Shown: positions 9,723-20,167 of the stretch, piece after piece
How the letters are laid out: every line of letters begins with the position of its first letter
Numbering within the stretch: the stretch's first letter is position 1
NCBI GenBank assembly: GCA_963797915.1
Contig: CAWCRG010000017.1
Span: 107,074 to 171,073 of the forward strand
Length of the DNA stretch: 64,000 bases
Source of the DNA: Candidatus Sericytochromatia bacterium
Lineage (GTDB): Bacteria; Cyanobacteriota; Sericytochromatia; UBA7694
Reading direction: 5' to 3'
Translations under genes and position numbers: made by a program
Notes under the pieces: generated by a model
Told to the model about the DNA's origin: nothing
The model's database searches: none
What the model saw: only the letters and a program-made list of their open reading frames with translations

Positions 9723-10996
9723 ATGTTAAATTTTGACCTCGTAGATATTGGTGAGCTACACAGCTTTGCCACCGACTTCTCTGGCCCGCTCACGCCCTCT
9801 CAAATCGCCCGGCACCTGCAACCCATTCGACAAGGGTTTCTACACATTCGAGAAGGTCGCGTGGCCGGTATGGGCTCCATGAGCGATTATCATAAACCCA
9901 CCAATGCCGATATTCCGCAGCAGAGCCTTGCGGGTAAGACCGTTCTGCCCGGCCTTGTGGATCCACACACCCATTTGGTTTTTGGGGGATCGCGTGAGCA
10001 TGAACTCGTGGCGCGCATTGAAAAACAACGGGATGAACAGCCTTCAAAAGGCGCGCGGATGCTGAGCGGGATTAATTACACCGTACAGTGTACCCGTGAC
10101 GCCTCTGCTGAGCAGCTGGCGACCGAGGCTTTAGGCCGCCTGGATCGTATGCTGCTTCACGGGACGACGACCGCAGAGGCCAAAAGTGGTTATGGCCTGC
10201 GTTTAGATCAAGAAATTAAACTCCTGGAAGTGGTGCAAGCCCTTCAATCGCAGCACCCCATACATTTGGTGTCTACATTTTGGGAGCTCATGCGGTGCCT
10301 CAGGGTATGGCGATGGACGACTACGTTGCACAGGTGTTGAAGATGATTCCTGTGATTGCAGAGCGCCAGCTGGCAAGTTTTTGCGATGTCTTTTGCGAGA
10401 CTGGTTTCTTTTCTGTAGAGGACAGTCGCCAAATCCTCAAGCTTGCCAGCTTTCACGGTTTAAAGTTGAAGGTCCATGCCGATGAGTTAGATCATTCCGG
10501 GGGGGCAGCACTTGCAGCAGAGCTGGGAGCGATCTCCGCTGACCATTTACAGTTTGCCAGTCAAGCTGATCTTGAGGCCATGAAAGCAGCGGGAACCATT
10601 CCGGTGCTTTTACCCGGTACCGCTTTTTATCTGGGTTTACCGTACGCCAACGCACAATTGATGCATCAGTTAGATATGCCCATTGCCATTTCTACCGACT
10701 TGAATCCCGGAGGCTGTTATTGTGAGTCTCAGGTCATGATGGCCGTTTTAGCCGTGACGCAAATGCATTTATTACCCGTCGAGGCTTTTGTGGGCATTAC
10801 CCGCAACGCGGCTTATGCTATTGATCGCGGCACTGAAGCCGGTACTTTGGCTGTGGGGCGCTCTGCTGATCTTGTGGTCGTTGACGCCCCCAATCTGGAC
10901 TATATTCCCTATCACTTTGGTGTGAACCTGGTGGAAGATGTCTATATTGGGGGACAAAAGCGAGTGTCAAAGGGCGTTTTAGAACCCGTCCTTTAA
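9723..10996 (+). CDS. hutI: Imidazolonepropionase (histidine utilisation), interrupted by a -1 frameshift at a T4 run (~10278..10284)
   Basis: VLPGLVDPHTHLVFGGSRE and HADELDHSGGAALAAELGA...AISTDLNPG motifs match HutI. ORF 9723..10340 (frame 0) and ORF 10280..10996 (frame 2) join as ...HLVSTF-LGAHAVPQG if a fifth T is inserted. Confidence 0.8.
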
Positions 10997-11472
10997 AGTC
11001 TGTTCTCCGGTGAACGTAATGGAGTAACTCATTTCCTTACTGCCCATAGGCGCGCTTTCCGTCAGCATATTTAATCCCACAAGACGATTTAAGGCTTGCT
11101 GCACATCGGTTTCGCTTTTGCCTAAACGCTCAAAAATCTGCGTTTCTAACAGATCGCTGCGACTGAACAAATTCATTTGCTTAAAGCGCTCTAAATAGAG
11201 GCCAATGACCAAAATCATATCGGTAATTTCTTTCGGGCCTTTGGTCTTGATAAATTCAGGGAGAGTAGGGAGCGCGCGCTGCGGTGCCGCCATTTTTCCC
11301 GGCGTGTTGTTTCCACCTTCAGACTCGCTCTGAAGTTCTGGAGGTAGCTCCTGCTGGAACAATTGCAACCATTTCTCCATTTGTGTTTCCACAAAGACCT
11401 GGTCACCTCCAAGATGAATTTCTTTGTTTCCGATTTTTAAACCAAATTGATACTGTATAGAATCTGACATAC
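10979..11472 (-). CDS. Hypothetical protein wedged between hutI and the hutF-like gene
   Basis: 184-aa ORF. The likely start is MSDSIQ at 11472, which has an AAGGA ribosome-binding site. No recognisable motif. Confidence 0.35.
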
Positions 11473-11507
11473 GGCTTTCCTTTACTGCAGGGATTAGGCT
11501 AGAATAC

Positions 11508-12890
11508 GTGCTGTTCAGTTTAGCAAATCCCACAAACCCCGGAGGTTTTTTGTTGACCTTACGTATTTATGCCCGCTATTTAGAAACCGGTAACGCGCTG
11601 TTCTGTGATCAACTTCTTGAGGTGGATTCCCACGGTCGTATTTCAACTTGTCGCTCCTTGCGGAAGGATGAGCCGATGCCCTCTTGTGTTTATGATTACG
11701 TGGTTCCCGGATGTGTAAATGCCCACAGCCACGCGTTTCAGGTGCTCTTACGCCCCACCACGGGGCAGCCGCAACATTTTAAGGATTGGGTCGATCGCTT
11801 TCTTTATCCTTGTGTACTCGCCTTAGATGAAGAACGCCTTTATGCCTCAGCAGTACTGGTTTTTCACGAAATGCTTCGGGCCGGGATTACCACGGTGGGC
11901 GAGTTTCACTATGTGAATAACTTGCCTGACGGTCAATCCAGTGAGCAGTTATACGCCCATACCCTGATTCGGGCCGCAGAAACCGTAGGTCTACGTATCT
12001 CTCTGATTCGCACCCTTTACGATCAGCGAAACAAGCCGGGGCAAATGCGTTTTCAAGAGTCGCTTGAGCAGGCGATGACACAAACCGAAGCGCTGGCTCG
12101 CCGTTATGCTGACAACCCGCTTGTATCGGTGCTGCCTGCGCCGCACTCTCTTCACGGTGCCAGCCGCGAGCTGGTGTGTGCGGGGGCCGAGCTGGCGAAA
12201 CGTTTGGGTACGCCCTGGCATATTCATCTTTCGGAACAGCCCGGTGATGCGGAATTTGCCATCGAGCGTTACGGCTTAAGGCCTCTGGCTTGTCTAGAGA
12301 GTTGGGGCATTTTAGACCAGGATGCCTGTATTATTCATGGCATCTGGTTCGATGATGACGATCTTGAACGCATGCAGACGCACGCCTGTCGTCAGGTGTA
12401 CAATCCCCTTACCAATATGGCTCTGGGAGACGGTATTGCGCGGCTGCCCGAATTATTAGCGCGCGGCGTGCCAGTGGCTTTAGGCACAGACGCCAATACC
12501 GACAGTTCCTTGTTTTTAGAAGCGCGCATGGCAGAATATCTGCAGCGCAGCCAACAGCTCTCGATGGGCCATGTGTCGGCAGAGCAATTGTTTGCCATGA
12601 CGAATCGCAACGGGGCTCACGCGCTGGGGCTTTCCACGGGTCACCTTGCTGTCGGTCAGGCTGCTGATTTTCTGGCCATAAACCTTTCGAGTCCCAGCAT
12701 GTTACCCGCCAGGGTGACAAAGGAGACGGGCCCGGACGCCTTACGGCAGGCGCTGTTAAACCAGCTCTTGTTCTCTGCCGTTCCGCAAGAGGCCATTCAG
12801 GCGGTTTATGTGGCGGGGCAAAAGCGCATCGAGTCGGGAAAGCATGTGCGTATTGATCTGGCCACTATTTTTCAGTCTGTTTTTGAATGA
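11508..12890 (+). CDS. Amidohydrolase-superfamily deaminase, HutF-like (formimidoylglutamate deiminase)
   Basis: Metal-binding HxH (VNAHSHAFQ) and HIHLSE motifs, ~460 aa, adjacent to hutI. Confidence 0.55.
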   Translation: MLFSLANPTNPGGFLLTLRIYARYLETGNALFCDQLLEVDSHGRISTCRSLRKDEPMPSCVYDYVVPGCVNAHSHAFQVLLRPTTGQPQHFKDWVDRFLYPCVLALDEERLYASAVLVFHEMLRAGITTVGEFHYVNNLPDGQSSEQLYAHTLIRAAETVGLRISLIRTLYDQRNKPGQMRFQESLEQAMTQTEALARRYADNPLVSVLPAPHSLHGASRELVCAGAELAKRLGTPWHIHLSEQPGDAEFAIERYGLRPLACLESWGILDQDACIIHGIWFDDDDLERMQTHACRQVYNPLTNMALGDGIARLPELLARGVPVALGTDANTDSSLFLEARMAEYLQRSQQLSMGHVSAEQLFAMTNRNGAHALGLSTGHLAVGQAADFLAINLSSPSMLPARVTKETGPDALRQALLNQLLFSAVPQEAIQAVYVAGQKRIESGKHVRIDLATIFQSVFE

Positions 12891-12908
12891 GGAATTGAGA
12901 GCCTTTTC

Positions 12909-14309
12909 ATGAAGACACTTTCCTGGTGGCAGCTGCGCTCAGAAATGCGAGCCACTGTTGTGCTTGCAGTGCCTATTGCCGGAGCGCAGCTGGCTCAGAT
13001 TGCGTTACAAGTGGTCGATAATATGATGTGTGGTCGTTTGGGGGCTCAGTCTCTGGCCGGTGTCGGATTGGGCTCAGCGGTATTGGCGACGCTCTTGTTA
13101 CCCCTTCTTGGCATTGTGAGTATTATTTCGGCGTTTATTTCTGAGTCCGAAGGACAACATATCGCCTCTGACACCCCCCGTCTGTTCTTTCAGCAAGGGC
13201 TATACCTGGCGCTCATTGTCGGGGTGCCCGCTACTTTTTTATTGGGCTTTTCGCCAGGGCTTTTGCGGTGGAGTGGTCAGCAAGAGGTGCTGGTGTCTAT
13301 TGCTGAAAGCTATCTTGAGACCGTGCGCTGGTGTATTGTTCCCGCTCTTTTGCTGGGCGTATTTAAAACCACCTTAGACAGTGTCTCTCGTCCCCAGCCC
13401 GGTTTTTGGATTGCCATCAGTGGCATTGTCTTTAATGTTTTTGCCAATCAGGTACTGATGTTTGGCGGCTGGGGAGAAGCGGTTTGGTTTGCGCCCCTGG
13501 GGGTGGCGGGTACGGGTTGGGCCACGGCCTTAACCAATATCTGGATGTTGGTTTTCTTAGGGGCTTTTTTACTGTGGGATCGTCGTTTGCGGCCTTATGG
13601 GTTCTTTGGACGTTTTGTGCCCGTTTCCTGGCCCGTGATTCTGCAATTGTGGCGTACGGGAGGGCCTGTGGGCGTTTCTATTCTATCGGAAGTTGGTCTG
13701 TTTGCGGGCATGACTTTTTTGATGGGTTATATTAGCCATACCGCTTTGGCGGCCCATCAAATTGCGCTCAATGTCGCCTCGCTAACGTTTATGTGCGCGC
13801 TGGGGATTTCTTACGCCACCACGGTGCGGGTGGGTGGCGCGATGGGCGCTAAAGATCCTCAAAAAGCCCGCCGTGCAGGAGGTTTGGGCATGGTTCTTGG
13901 CGTGTTAATTATGGGTGGAGCAGGCCTGTTGTTTTGGTTAATGCCCGCTCAGATTGTGGGGCTTTACTTAGATCTTGGAGAGCCTGAAAACAGAGCCGTG
14001 CTGGAGCTCGGCGGGCATCTTCTGCAACTGGCAGCCCTGTTTCAAGTGTTTGATGCTTTACAAGTGACGTCACAGGGGGGATTAAGAGGCCTTAAAGACA
14101 CCTTTGTTCCTATGGTTATTGGTTTCTGTTGTTATTGGGGAATTGGACTCGGCTCTGGTGTCCTGCTCGGGTTTGGGTTCAATTGGGGGGCAAGAGGGCT
14201 GTGGATGGGGCTTGTTTTGGGGCTTATGAGCGCCAGTCTTTTATTGTGTCGCCGCTTCTTTCGCTTCTTTGTATCTGCTGTTAGGCCTTCTCGCAATGTG
14301 TTAAGCTAG
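12909..14309 (+). CDS. MATE-family multidrug/sodium efflux transporter
   Basis: 466 aa, 12 predicted TM segments, NorM-like N-terminal pattern (IPIAGAQLAQIALQVVDNMMCGRLG). Confidence 0.8.
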   Translation: MKTLSWWQLRSEMRATVVLAVPIAGAQLAQIALQVVDNMMCGRLGAQSLAGVGLGSAVLATLLLPLLGIVSIISAFISESEGQHIASDTPRLFFQQGLYLALIVGVPATFLLGFSPGLLRWSGQQEVLVSIAESYLETVRWCIVPALLLGVFKTTLDSVSRPQPGFWIAISGIVFNVFANQVLMFGGWGEAVWFAPLGVAGTGWATALTNIWMLVFLGAFLLWDRRLRPYGFFGRFVPVSWPVILQLWRTGGPVGVSILSEVGLFAGMTFLMGYISHTALAAHQIALNVASLTFMCALGISYATTVRVGGAMGAKDPQKARRAGGLGMVLGVLIMGGAGLLFWLMPAQIVGLYLDLGEPENRAVLELGGHLLQLAALFQVFDALQVTSQGGLRGLKDTFVPMVIGFCCYWGIGLGSGVLLGFGFNWGARGLWMGLVLGLMSASLLLCRRFFRFFVSAVRPSRNVLS

Positions 14310-14393
14310 AGTTATCTGAAATCATGTTTTAACAGAACTTTTCACCCCATTTTAATTTCTAAGCAAACGCTTTCAGTACTTATTTATATAATT

Positions 14394-16556
14394 TTGGATA
14401 TTTTTATGACTTTACATTCCCCTTTGGCAGATAACAACGCTGATCAATTGTCAGCTGACTCTGCCGCCCCTGCGAGCACTCCTATGACTTTAGGCATGTC
14501 TGCTCCCCGCACTCTCGAACCCAAGGTTGAGCAGGCGGACGAAACCCAAGCTCCTCTTCCTGAGCCTTCTCCATCTCCTGAGGCCGCTTCTGAGCCTTCT
14601 CCTGAAGTCGCCCCTGAAATGTCTTCAGAAGCGCCTGTTGCAGCAGAGCCTGCTGTAGAAACATTACCTGTTGTAGAAGAAGCGCCAGGCAACCTTTTTG
14701 CTCAGTTTGATCTCCCTGAATCAGTGATGGCTGCCATCGAAAAATCTGGATACACGACACCTACACCCATTCAAGAAGCCATGATTCCCCACGTGTTGGC
14801 GGGTCGTGATGTCCTGGGTCAAGCCCAAACGGGTACGGGTAAAACCGCCGCTTTTGCACTGCCTTTACTGAGTGGTCTCAACACCCATCAAAAACACCCT
14901 CAAATTTTAGTGCTGACCCCTACCCGGGAATTAGCCATTCAGGTGTCTGAAGCCTTTTCTACTTACGGTCGCGGCTTGCCCGGCCTGCGCATGGCTACCC
15001 TCTATGGTGGACAGGGCTACGATACCCAACTGCGCCAGTTACGCAAAGGGGCTCAGATTGTTGTGGGTACTCCCGGTCGCGTAATGGACCATATGCGTAA
15101 AGGCTCATTGGCCGTAGATGACCTACAAACGCTGGTCTTAGATGAAGCCGATGAAATGTTACGCATGGGCTTTATTGAAGATGTGGAGTGGGTACTGGAT
15201 CAGATTCCTGACGAACGTCAACTGGCTCTGTTTTCTGCCACCATGCCCAGCGCTATTCATCGTCTCGCTCGCAAATACTTACAAAACCCTGTGGAAATCA
15301 AAATTGATGCCAAACAACTCACGGCTGACAATGTCAGACAGCGTTGGTGGTTGGTGCGTGGTTTTGATAAGCGTACCGCTCTGGTGCGTTTATTAGAGGG
15401 TGAAGATACCGATGGCGTATTGGTCTTTGTACGTACCAAGTCTGATACCGTTAAGGTTTCTGACTTCCTGGCCAATAAAGGTCTGCAATCCGTACCCCTT
15501 AATGGAGATATGCCCCAAAATCAACGGGAGCAAACCATTGAACGTCTGCGTAACGGAAAACTGGATATTGTTGTGGCTACTGATGTTGCCGCTCGTGGAC
15601 TGGATGTTCAACGCATTAGCCACGTCATTAACTACGACATTCCTTTTGATAGTGAGTCTTACGTTCACCGGATTGGTCGCACGGGCCGTGCCGGCCGTAG
15701 TGGCGATGCGATTTTGTTTGTTAACCGTAGTGAAATGCATTTGCTGCGTAACTTGCAACAGCATGCTGGCAACCAGTTTGAAACCCTTGAACTGCCTGAT
15801 GCAGAAGCCATTAACCAAAAACGTATTCAGCGCTTTGAAAGCCAAATTACCCGTTCTTTAGAAAAAGACACTGAATTTTATAAATACATGGTGATGGAAT
15901 ACATTCGTGAAAACGATGTGGAACTCGAAGAAGTGATCGGCGCGTTGGCCTATATGGCCCAGGGCGGCAAAAGCTTCTTATTGCCTCCTGATCCACCAGA
16001 GGTTTCAGAACCCGTAGAAAAAGCCCTGCTCAACAAAAAAGGCCGTAAAAAAACCATCGGCACCCGTGAGGATCGTGAAACCCTTGATAAAGGGCTCGTC
16101 ACTTTCCGCATCGAAGTGGGCCGCCGTCATGGGGCTAACCCCAGTCAGATTGTGGGCGCCATTGCCAATGAAGGCCAAATCCATAGTCGCAAAATTGGGC
16201 GGATTAAAATCTTTACGGATTTTAGCCTTGTTGATCTTCCTCAGTCTCAGGAAAATGACCTGATACGCGCGCTTTCCAATACTGAAGTTTCAGGCCAGGC
16301 CCTGAACCTGCGCCGAGACACCGGTGGCGGTGGTAGCAGCAGTAATTATAGTGCTGGATACAAAGACAGTGGTTCTGGATACAAAGACAGTGGTTCTGGA
16401 TACAGAGACAGCGGTTCTGGCTATAAAGACAAAAATGCCCGTCCGCCCCGCCGCAGTAAGGCTCCTCCTTCAGGAGGCAAGTTCAGTAGCTATAACAGCT
16501 CAAAGCCCTTCGCCGGAAACAAAAAACCCAAAAAGCAGCATCGCAAAGGCTTTTAA
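14394..16556 (+). CDS. DEAD-box ATP-dependent RNA helicase (DeaD/CsdA-like). It has a P/E/A-rich N-terminal extension and a GYKDSGS-repeat basic C-terminal tail
   Basis: Q-motif, AQTGTGKT, PTRELA, DEAD (VLDEADEML), SAT and HRIGRTGRAG motifs. The C-terminus reads GYKDSGSGYKDSGSGYRDSGSGYKDK...KKPKKQHRKGF. Confidence 0.9.
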   Translation: MDIFMTLHSPLADNNADQLSADSAAPASTPMTLGMSAPRTLEPKVEQADETQAPLPEPSPSPEAASEPSPEVAPEMSSEAPVAAEPAVETLPVVEEAPGNLFAQFDLPESVMAAIEKSGYTTPTPIQEAMIPHVLAGRDVLGQAQTGTGKTAAFALPLLSGLNTHQKHPQILVLTPTRELAIQVSEAFSTYGRGLPGLRMATLYGGQGYDTQLRQLRKGAQIVVGTPGRVMDHMRKGSLAVDDLQTLVLDEADEMLRMGFIEDVEWVLDQIPDERQLALFSATMPSAIHRLARKYLQNPVEIKIDAKQLTADNVRQRWWLVRGFDKRTALVRLLEGEDTDGVLVFVRTKSDTVKVSDFLANKGLQSVPLNGDMPQNQREQTIERLRNGKLDIVVATDVAARGLDVQRISHVINYDIPFDSESYVHRIGRTGRAGRSGDAILFVNRSEMHLLRNLQQHAGNQFETLELPDAEAINQKRIQRFESQITRSLEKDTEFYKYMVMEYIRENDVELEEVIGALAYMAQGGKSFLLPPDPPEVSEPVEKALLNKKGRKKTIGTREDRETLDKGLVTFRIEVGRRHGANPSQIVGAIANEGQIHSRKIGRIKIFTDFSLVDLPQSQENDLIRALSNTEVSGQALNLRRDTGGGGSSSNYSAGYKDSGSGYKDSGSGYRDSGSGYKDKNARPPRRSKAPPSGGKFSSYNSSKPFAGNKKPKKQHRKGF

Positions 16557-16663
16557 GCGACTGATGCTGTCGTTGAATCTTATTCTGATGCAGTTAGGCC
16601 TTCGTCCTGTGTTAGAATGAGGTTCGACTTAATCAGAAGTTAAAGAAAAGATCGATTTCAGCC

Positions 16664-18274
16664 ATGCCCACCATTAAAATAGATGATGTTGAATACGACG
16701 TTGAAGCAGGCCAAAATCTTATTCAGGCCGCTGCTAGCGTTGGTATAACAATCCCTCATTATTGTTATCATCCCGGCTTAAGTGTCTCCGGGAACTGTCG
16801 TATGTGCCTTGTGGAACAAAAAGGTCCACGGGGCATTATGGCGACCATTGCGTGTAATACTTTTGTTAACGACGGTATGGAGTTCCTTGTGGACAACGAT
16901 AACGTCAAAAAAATGCGTCAGGGCGTGATGGAGTTTTTACTGCTCAACCATCCCATTGACTGTCCCATTTGTGATCAGGCCGGAGAATGTGGCCTACAAG
17001 ATTACTATATGGATTATGGTCTATACACCAACCGCTCAACCGTACCCAAAGTTCACAAAGCAAAAGCTGTAGACGTGGGACCCCTGGTTAAGCTGGATCA
17101 GGAACGCTGCATTTTATGCTCTCGCTGCGTGCGTTTTTGCGAAGAAATTACGGGCACGCACGAACTGGTGATTACCCAGCGGGGCGAAAAAAGCCGCATT
17201 GAAACATTTCCCGGTCGTGAACTCGACAACCCATACTCAGCAAACGTCGTTGATATATGCCCTGTGGGCGCTTTGACCAGCAAAGACTTCCGCTTTAAAA
17301 AGCGGGTTTGGTTTCTCTCTACGACCCAATCTATTTGTACTGGTTGTGCTAAAGGCTGTAATACGTACCTTGATTTTGAACAGGGCACTACCTACCGCTA
17401 TCGTCCCCGCTTTAATGCGGATGTGAATGAGTGGTGGATGTGCGACGAAGGCCGCCTGAGCTATAAAGCCTTGCATCAGGATCGTCTGGATATTGCCATG
17501 CAAAAGGGTGCCGAGCTTCCTTTGGCTAAAGCAGTGACGACCGCAGCTGGCTTAATACAACGTACCATGCAGGATCACGGTAAAAACGCTGTATTGGCTG
17601 TCGCAAGCTCTACCGTTTCTTTAGAAGATAACTTTATGCTGAAGCATTTAATGTTTCAGGCGTTGGGATCAGAAGCTGTTCACAGTTATAATTATGATCA
17701 TATGGGCGAGGCCGACGCGTTTTTGCGTCTGGCTGACAAAACCCCCAATACGGCAGGGCTTCAACTCCTCAATGTTTCTACCGAACAAGACACCCTTGAA
17801 ACGGCTCTGGCGAACCCGGAAGTTAAACTGGTCATCAGTCTCGACGCAGACAGTGACGCCTTACGCCAGCAATTAAAAGATAAACAGGTGATTTACCTGG
17901 GCGTGCATCAAACTGTGCTGGCCCTGGACGCTGAGATTACCTTGCCCATCACGGCGCACGCCGAGCATGACGCAAGCTATATCAATGCTGAACAGCGCTT
18001 ACAGAAGGTCAACCAGGCTTACTTCCCCACCACCGAAGCGCGACCCGCCTGGAAACTAATCGCCGGTCTGTTTGCTCCCCTGCTCACTGCGCCTCCTCTT
18101 TATGATGATGTCGAAGATGTATGGAGCTTAATGAACACGAAAGTTGACGTGCTGAGTGCCCTCACCTTTTATGAGATTCCCGATACAGGCCGCTCCCTGC
18201 TTCCGTCAACAGAAGCTGAATCTGACGCCGACGCTGAGTCGCCTTTGGAAACCGAGGGGGCCGTCAATTCATGA
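16664..18274 (+). CDS. nuoG: NADH-quinone oxidoreductase subunit G (short ~536 aa form)
   Basis: N-terminal 2Fe-2S ferredoxin cysteine pattern, the HPIDCPICDQAGEC 4Fe-4S motif and CILCSRCVRFC. Confidence 0.85.
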   Translation: MPTIKIDDVEYDVEAGQNLIQAAASVGITIPHYCYHPGLSVSGNCRMCLVEQKGPRGIMATIACNTFVNDGMEFLVDNDNVKKMRQGVMEFLLLNHPIDCPICDQAGECGLQDYYMDYGLYTNRSTVPKVHKAKAVDVGPLVKLDQERCILCSRCVRFCEEITGTHELVITQRGEKSRIETFPGRELDNPYSANVVDICPVGALTSKDFRFKKRVWFLSTTQSICTGCAKGCNTYLDFEQGTTYRYRPRFNADVNEWWMCDEGRLSYKALHQDRLDIAMQKGAELPLAKAVTTAAGLIQRTMQDHGKNAVLAVASSTVSLEDNFMLKHLMFQALGSEAVHSYNYDHMGEADAFLRLADKTPNTAGLQLLNVSTEQDTLETALANPEVKLVISLDADSDALRQQLKDKQVIYLGVHQTVLALDAEITLPITAHAEHDASYINAEQRLQKVNQAYFPTTEARPAWKLIAGLFAPLLTAPPLYDDVEDVWSLMNTKVDVLSALTFYEIPDTGRSLLPSTEAESDADAESPLETEGAVNS

Positions 18275-19572
18275 GCACATTGATCGAAGTGGGTATTGTT
18301 CTGACCAAAGTGCTGGTCTTTATTCTGTTTCCTCTGTCTTTCGTACCACTTTTGGTGTGGTTAGAGCGCAAAGTCTCTGCTTTAATTCAGGATCGCCCTG
18401 GCCCTAACCGAGCCGCCATCGGCTTTATTCGCCTGGGTGGTCTGGTACACCTGTTTGCTGACACTTTTAAAATGCTCTCTAAAGAGCAGCTTATTCCGCG
18501 CAATGTGCGAATGTTTCATTATTTGGCGGCACCGATTATTATTGCCGCCGTCTCGCTGGTGGTTTTACCCGTCGTGCCTTTTGCTGACGTTATTCAATTA
18601 CCGGGCATGAGCATTTCTATGCAGGCTTTAAATATTGACGCGGGCTTATTGTGGTACTTTGCCATGACCTCTTTAATGGTCTACGGTGTAGTTTTGGCCG
18701 GTTGGGCCTCTAATAACAAATATGCTCTACTTGGCGGAGTTCGCTCCAGTGCACAGCTGATTTCCTATGAATTACCTCTCGGTTTATCGGTTGTGGGTTT
18801 AATTATGGTTTTTGGTACTGTACAGCTTAACGAAATTGTTCAGCAGCAAGGAGAGCTTATCTTCGGGTTTTTGCCCCGTTGGGGTATTTTTATCCAGCCC
18901 CTGGCTGCCATTGTCTTTATTATCTGCGCCTTTGCTGAAACCAATCGCGCGCCTTTTGATCTCGCTGAAGGCGAATCAGAGCTGGTGGCTGGTTTTCATA
19001 CTGAGTATAGCGGCATGTTGTTTGGAACCTTTTTTATGGCGGAGTATGTGGCGATGGTTGTTGCTTCGGCAATGATTATTACGCTTTTCTTTGGGGGATG
19101 GCAAATTCCTTTTTTAGATACGGCAACGCTGGTTAACCATGCTGCGGTACTCAGTAAAGCCGTGCTTGGCGGTACCGCTGCAGTACTCGGACTACTGGCG
19201 CTCTGGGCTTTTCGCTTATTTAAACGTCACGACGGTTATTATGGAGATATGCGCGATAAAGAATCCCTTATTTATGCCATTGTGCTGATTGCCGGTGCGC
19301 TGGGGGCGCTCGCGCTTCTCGCTATTGCCTTTGTGGTGCCTTTTCCACAAGCCTGGGGCGGTCCACTGTTTGCAGCTTCAATGCAGGTGGGTTCCTTTGT
19401 GACTAAAACCATGATCATGTGTCTGGTGTTTATTTGGGTGCGTTGGACGCTTCCTCGTTTTCGTTATGATCAACTCATGTTTTTGGGGTGGAAGTCGCTT
19501 TTACCCATCGCCTTAGCAAATATTTTCATCACCGGGATTATGATTTATCTCACCGGAGGTTTTAACTCATGA
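18271..19572 (+). CDS. nuoH: NADH-quinone oxidoreductase subunit H, an unusually long ~433 aa form with a ~90 aa internal hydrophobic insertion
   Basis: Conserved NuoH/ND1 blocks (GLLQ..ADxxK, NRAPFDLAEGESELVAGF, EY). Overlaps the nuoG stop (ATGA). Confidence 0.85.
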   Translation: MSTLIEVGIVLTKVLVFILFPLSFVPLLVWLERKVSALIQDRPGPNRAAIGFIRLGGLVHLFADTFKMLSKEQLIPRNVRMFHYLAAPIIIAAVSLVVLPVVPFADVIQLPGMSISMQALNIDAGLLWYFAMTSLMVYGVVLAGWASNNKYALLGGVRSSAQLISYELPLGLSVVGLIMVFGTVQLNEIVQQQGELIFGFLPRWGIFIQPLAAIVFIICAFAETNRAPFDLAEGESELVAGFHTEYSGMLFGTFFMAEYVAMVVASAMIITLFFGGWQIPFLDTATLVNHAAVLSKAVLGGTAAVLGLLALWAFRLFKRHDGYYGDMRDKESLIYAIVLIAGALGALALLAIAFVVPFPQAWGGPLFAASMQVGSFVTKTMIMCLVFIWVRWTLPRFRYDQLMFLGWKSLLPIALANIFITGIMIYLTGGFNS

Positions 19573-20167
19573 AAGACGTATCTGTAAGAAAAGTCAAACG
19601 CGAAAAGCTCAACTTCTGGGAACGTACCTATCTGCTGCCTATTTTTCAGGGAATGAGCATTACTCTTAAGCATTTATTGGCCAACCTTATTGGGGGGGCA
19701 ACCATGCCCGTTGTGGAATACCCCGATAAGAAAAAATCATGCCTGAAGGCTATCGGGGTAAGCACCGTCTTACCCAACGTGACGACGGCAGTGTAAAATG
19801 TGTTGCCTGTATGATGTGTGCGACCGTGTGTCCGGCAGATTGTATCCATATTGAAGCTGAAGAGCATGTGGATGACACGATTGAAAAAGTGCCTCAAATT
19901 TTTGAAATTGACCTGTTGCGATGTGTTTATTGTGGTTACTGTGTTGAGGCGTGCCCCTGTGACGCCATTCGGATGGACTCAGGAATCTACACTATTTTTG
20001 CGACCAAGCGCGAAGATTTTATTATCAATAAAGAACAATTACTGCAAATCGAACCTCAGGATCCCAGTGAAGCCCGTCCGAAACAGGGTATGCCTCCGTT
20101 ATCTCAAGGATCTGCCCAGGCCACTCCTCAAACCTATTATCCTGGTGCTTCGTCCGCACCCCAATGA
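19569..20167 (+). CDS. nuoI: NADH-quinone oxidoreductase subunit I (2x[4Fe-4S]), interrupted by a frameshift in an A6 run (19731..19736)
   Basis: ORF 19569..19796 carries the N-terminal part (LKHLL...VEYPDKKK). ORF 19739..20167 carries CVACMMCATVCP and CVYCGYCVEACP. Inserting one A gives the continuous ...YPDKKKIMPEGYRGKH... Confidence 0.8.

Noticed and set aside
15393-15861. 150-aa and 153-aa ORFs on both strands inside the DEAD-box helicase gene
   Set aside because: They are fully embedded in a high-confidence CDS. They have junk-like composition and are a shadow of the frame.
16557-16663. Possible tRNA because of a GGTTCGACT (T-loop-like) string near 16615
   Set aside because: No acceptor stem pairing with a 5' partner, no D-arm or anticodon arm can be folded, and there is no CCA context. 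It is most likely a chance match in the nuoG leader.
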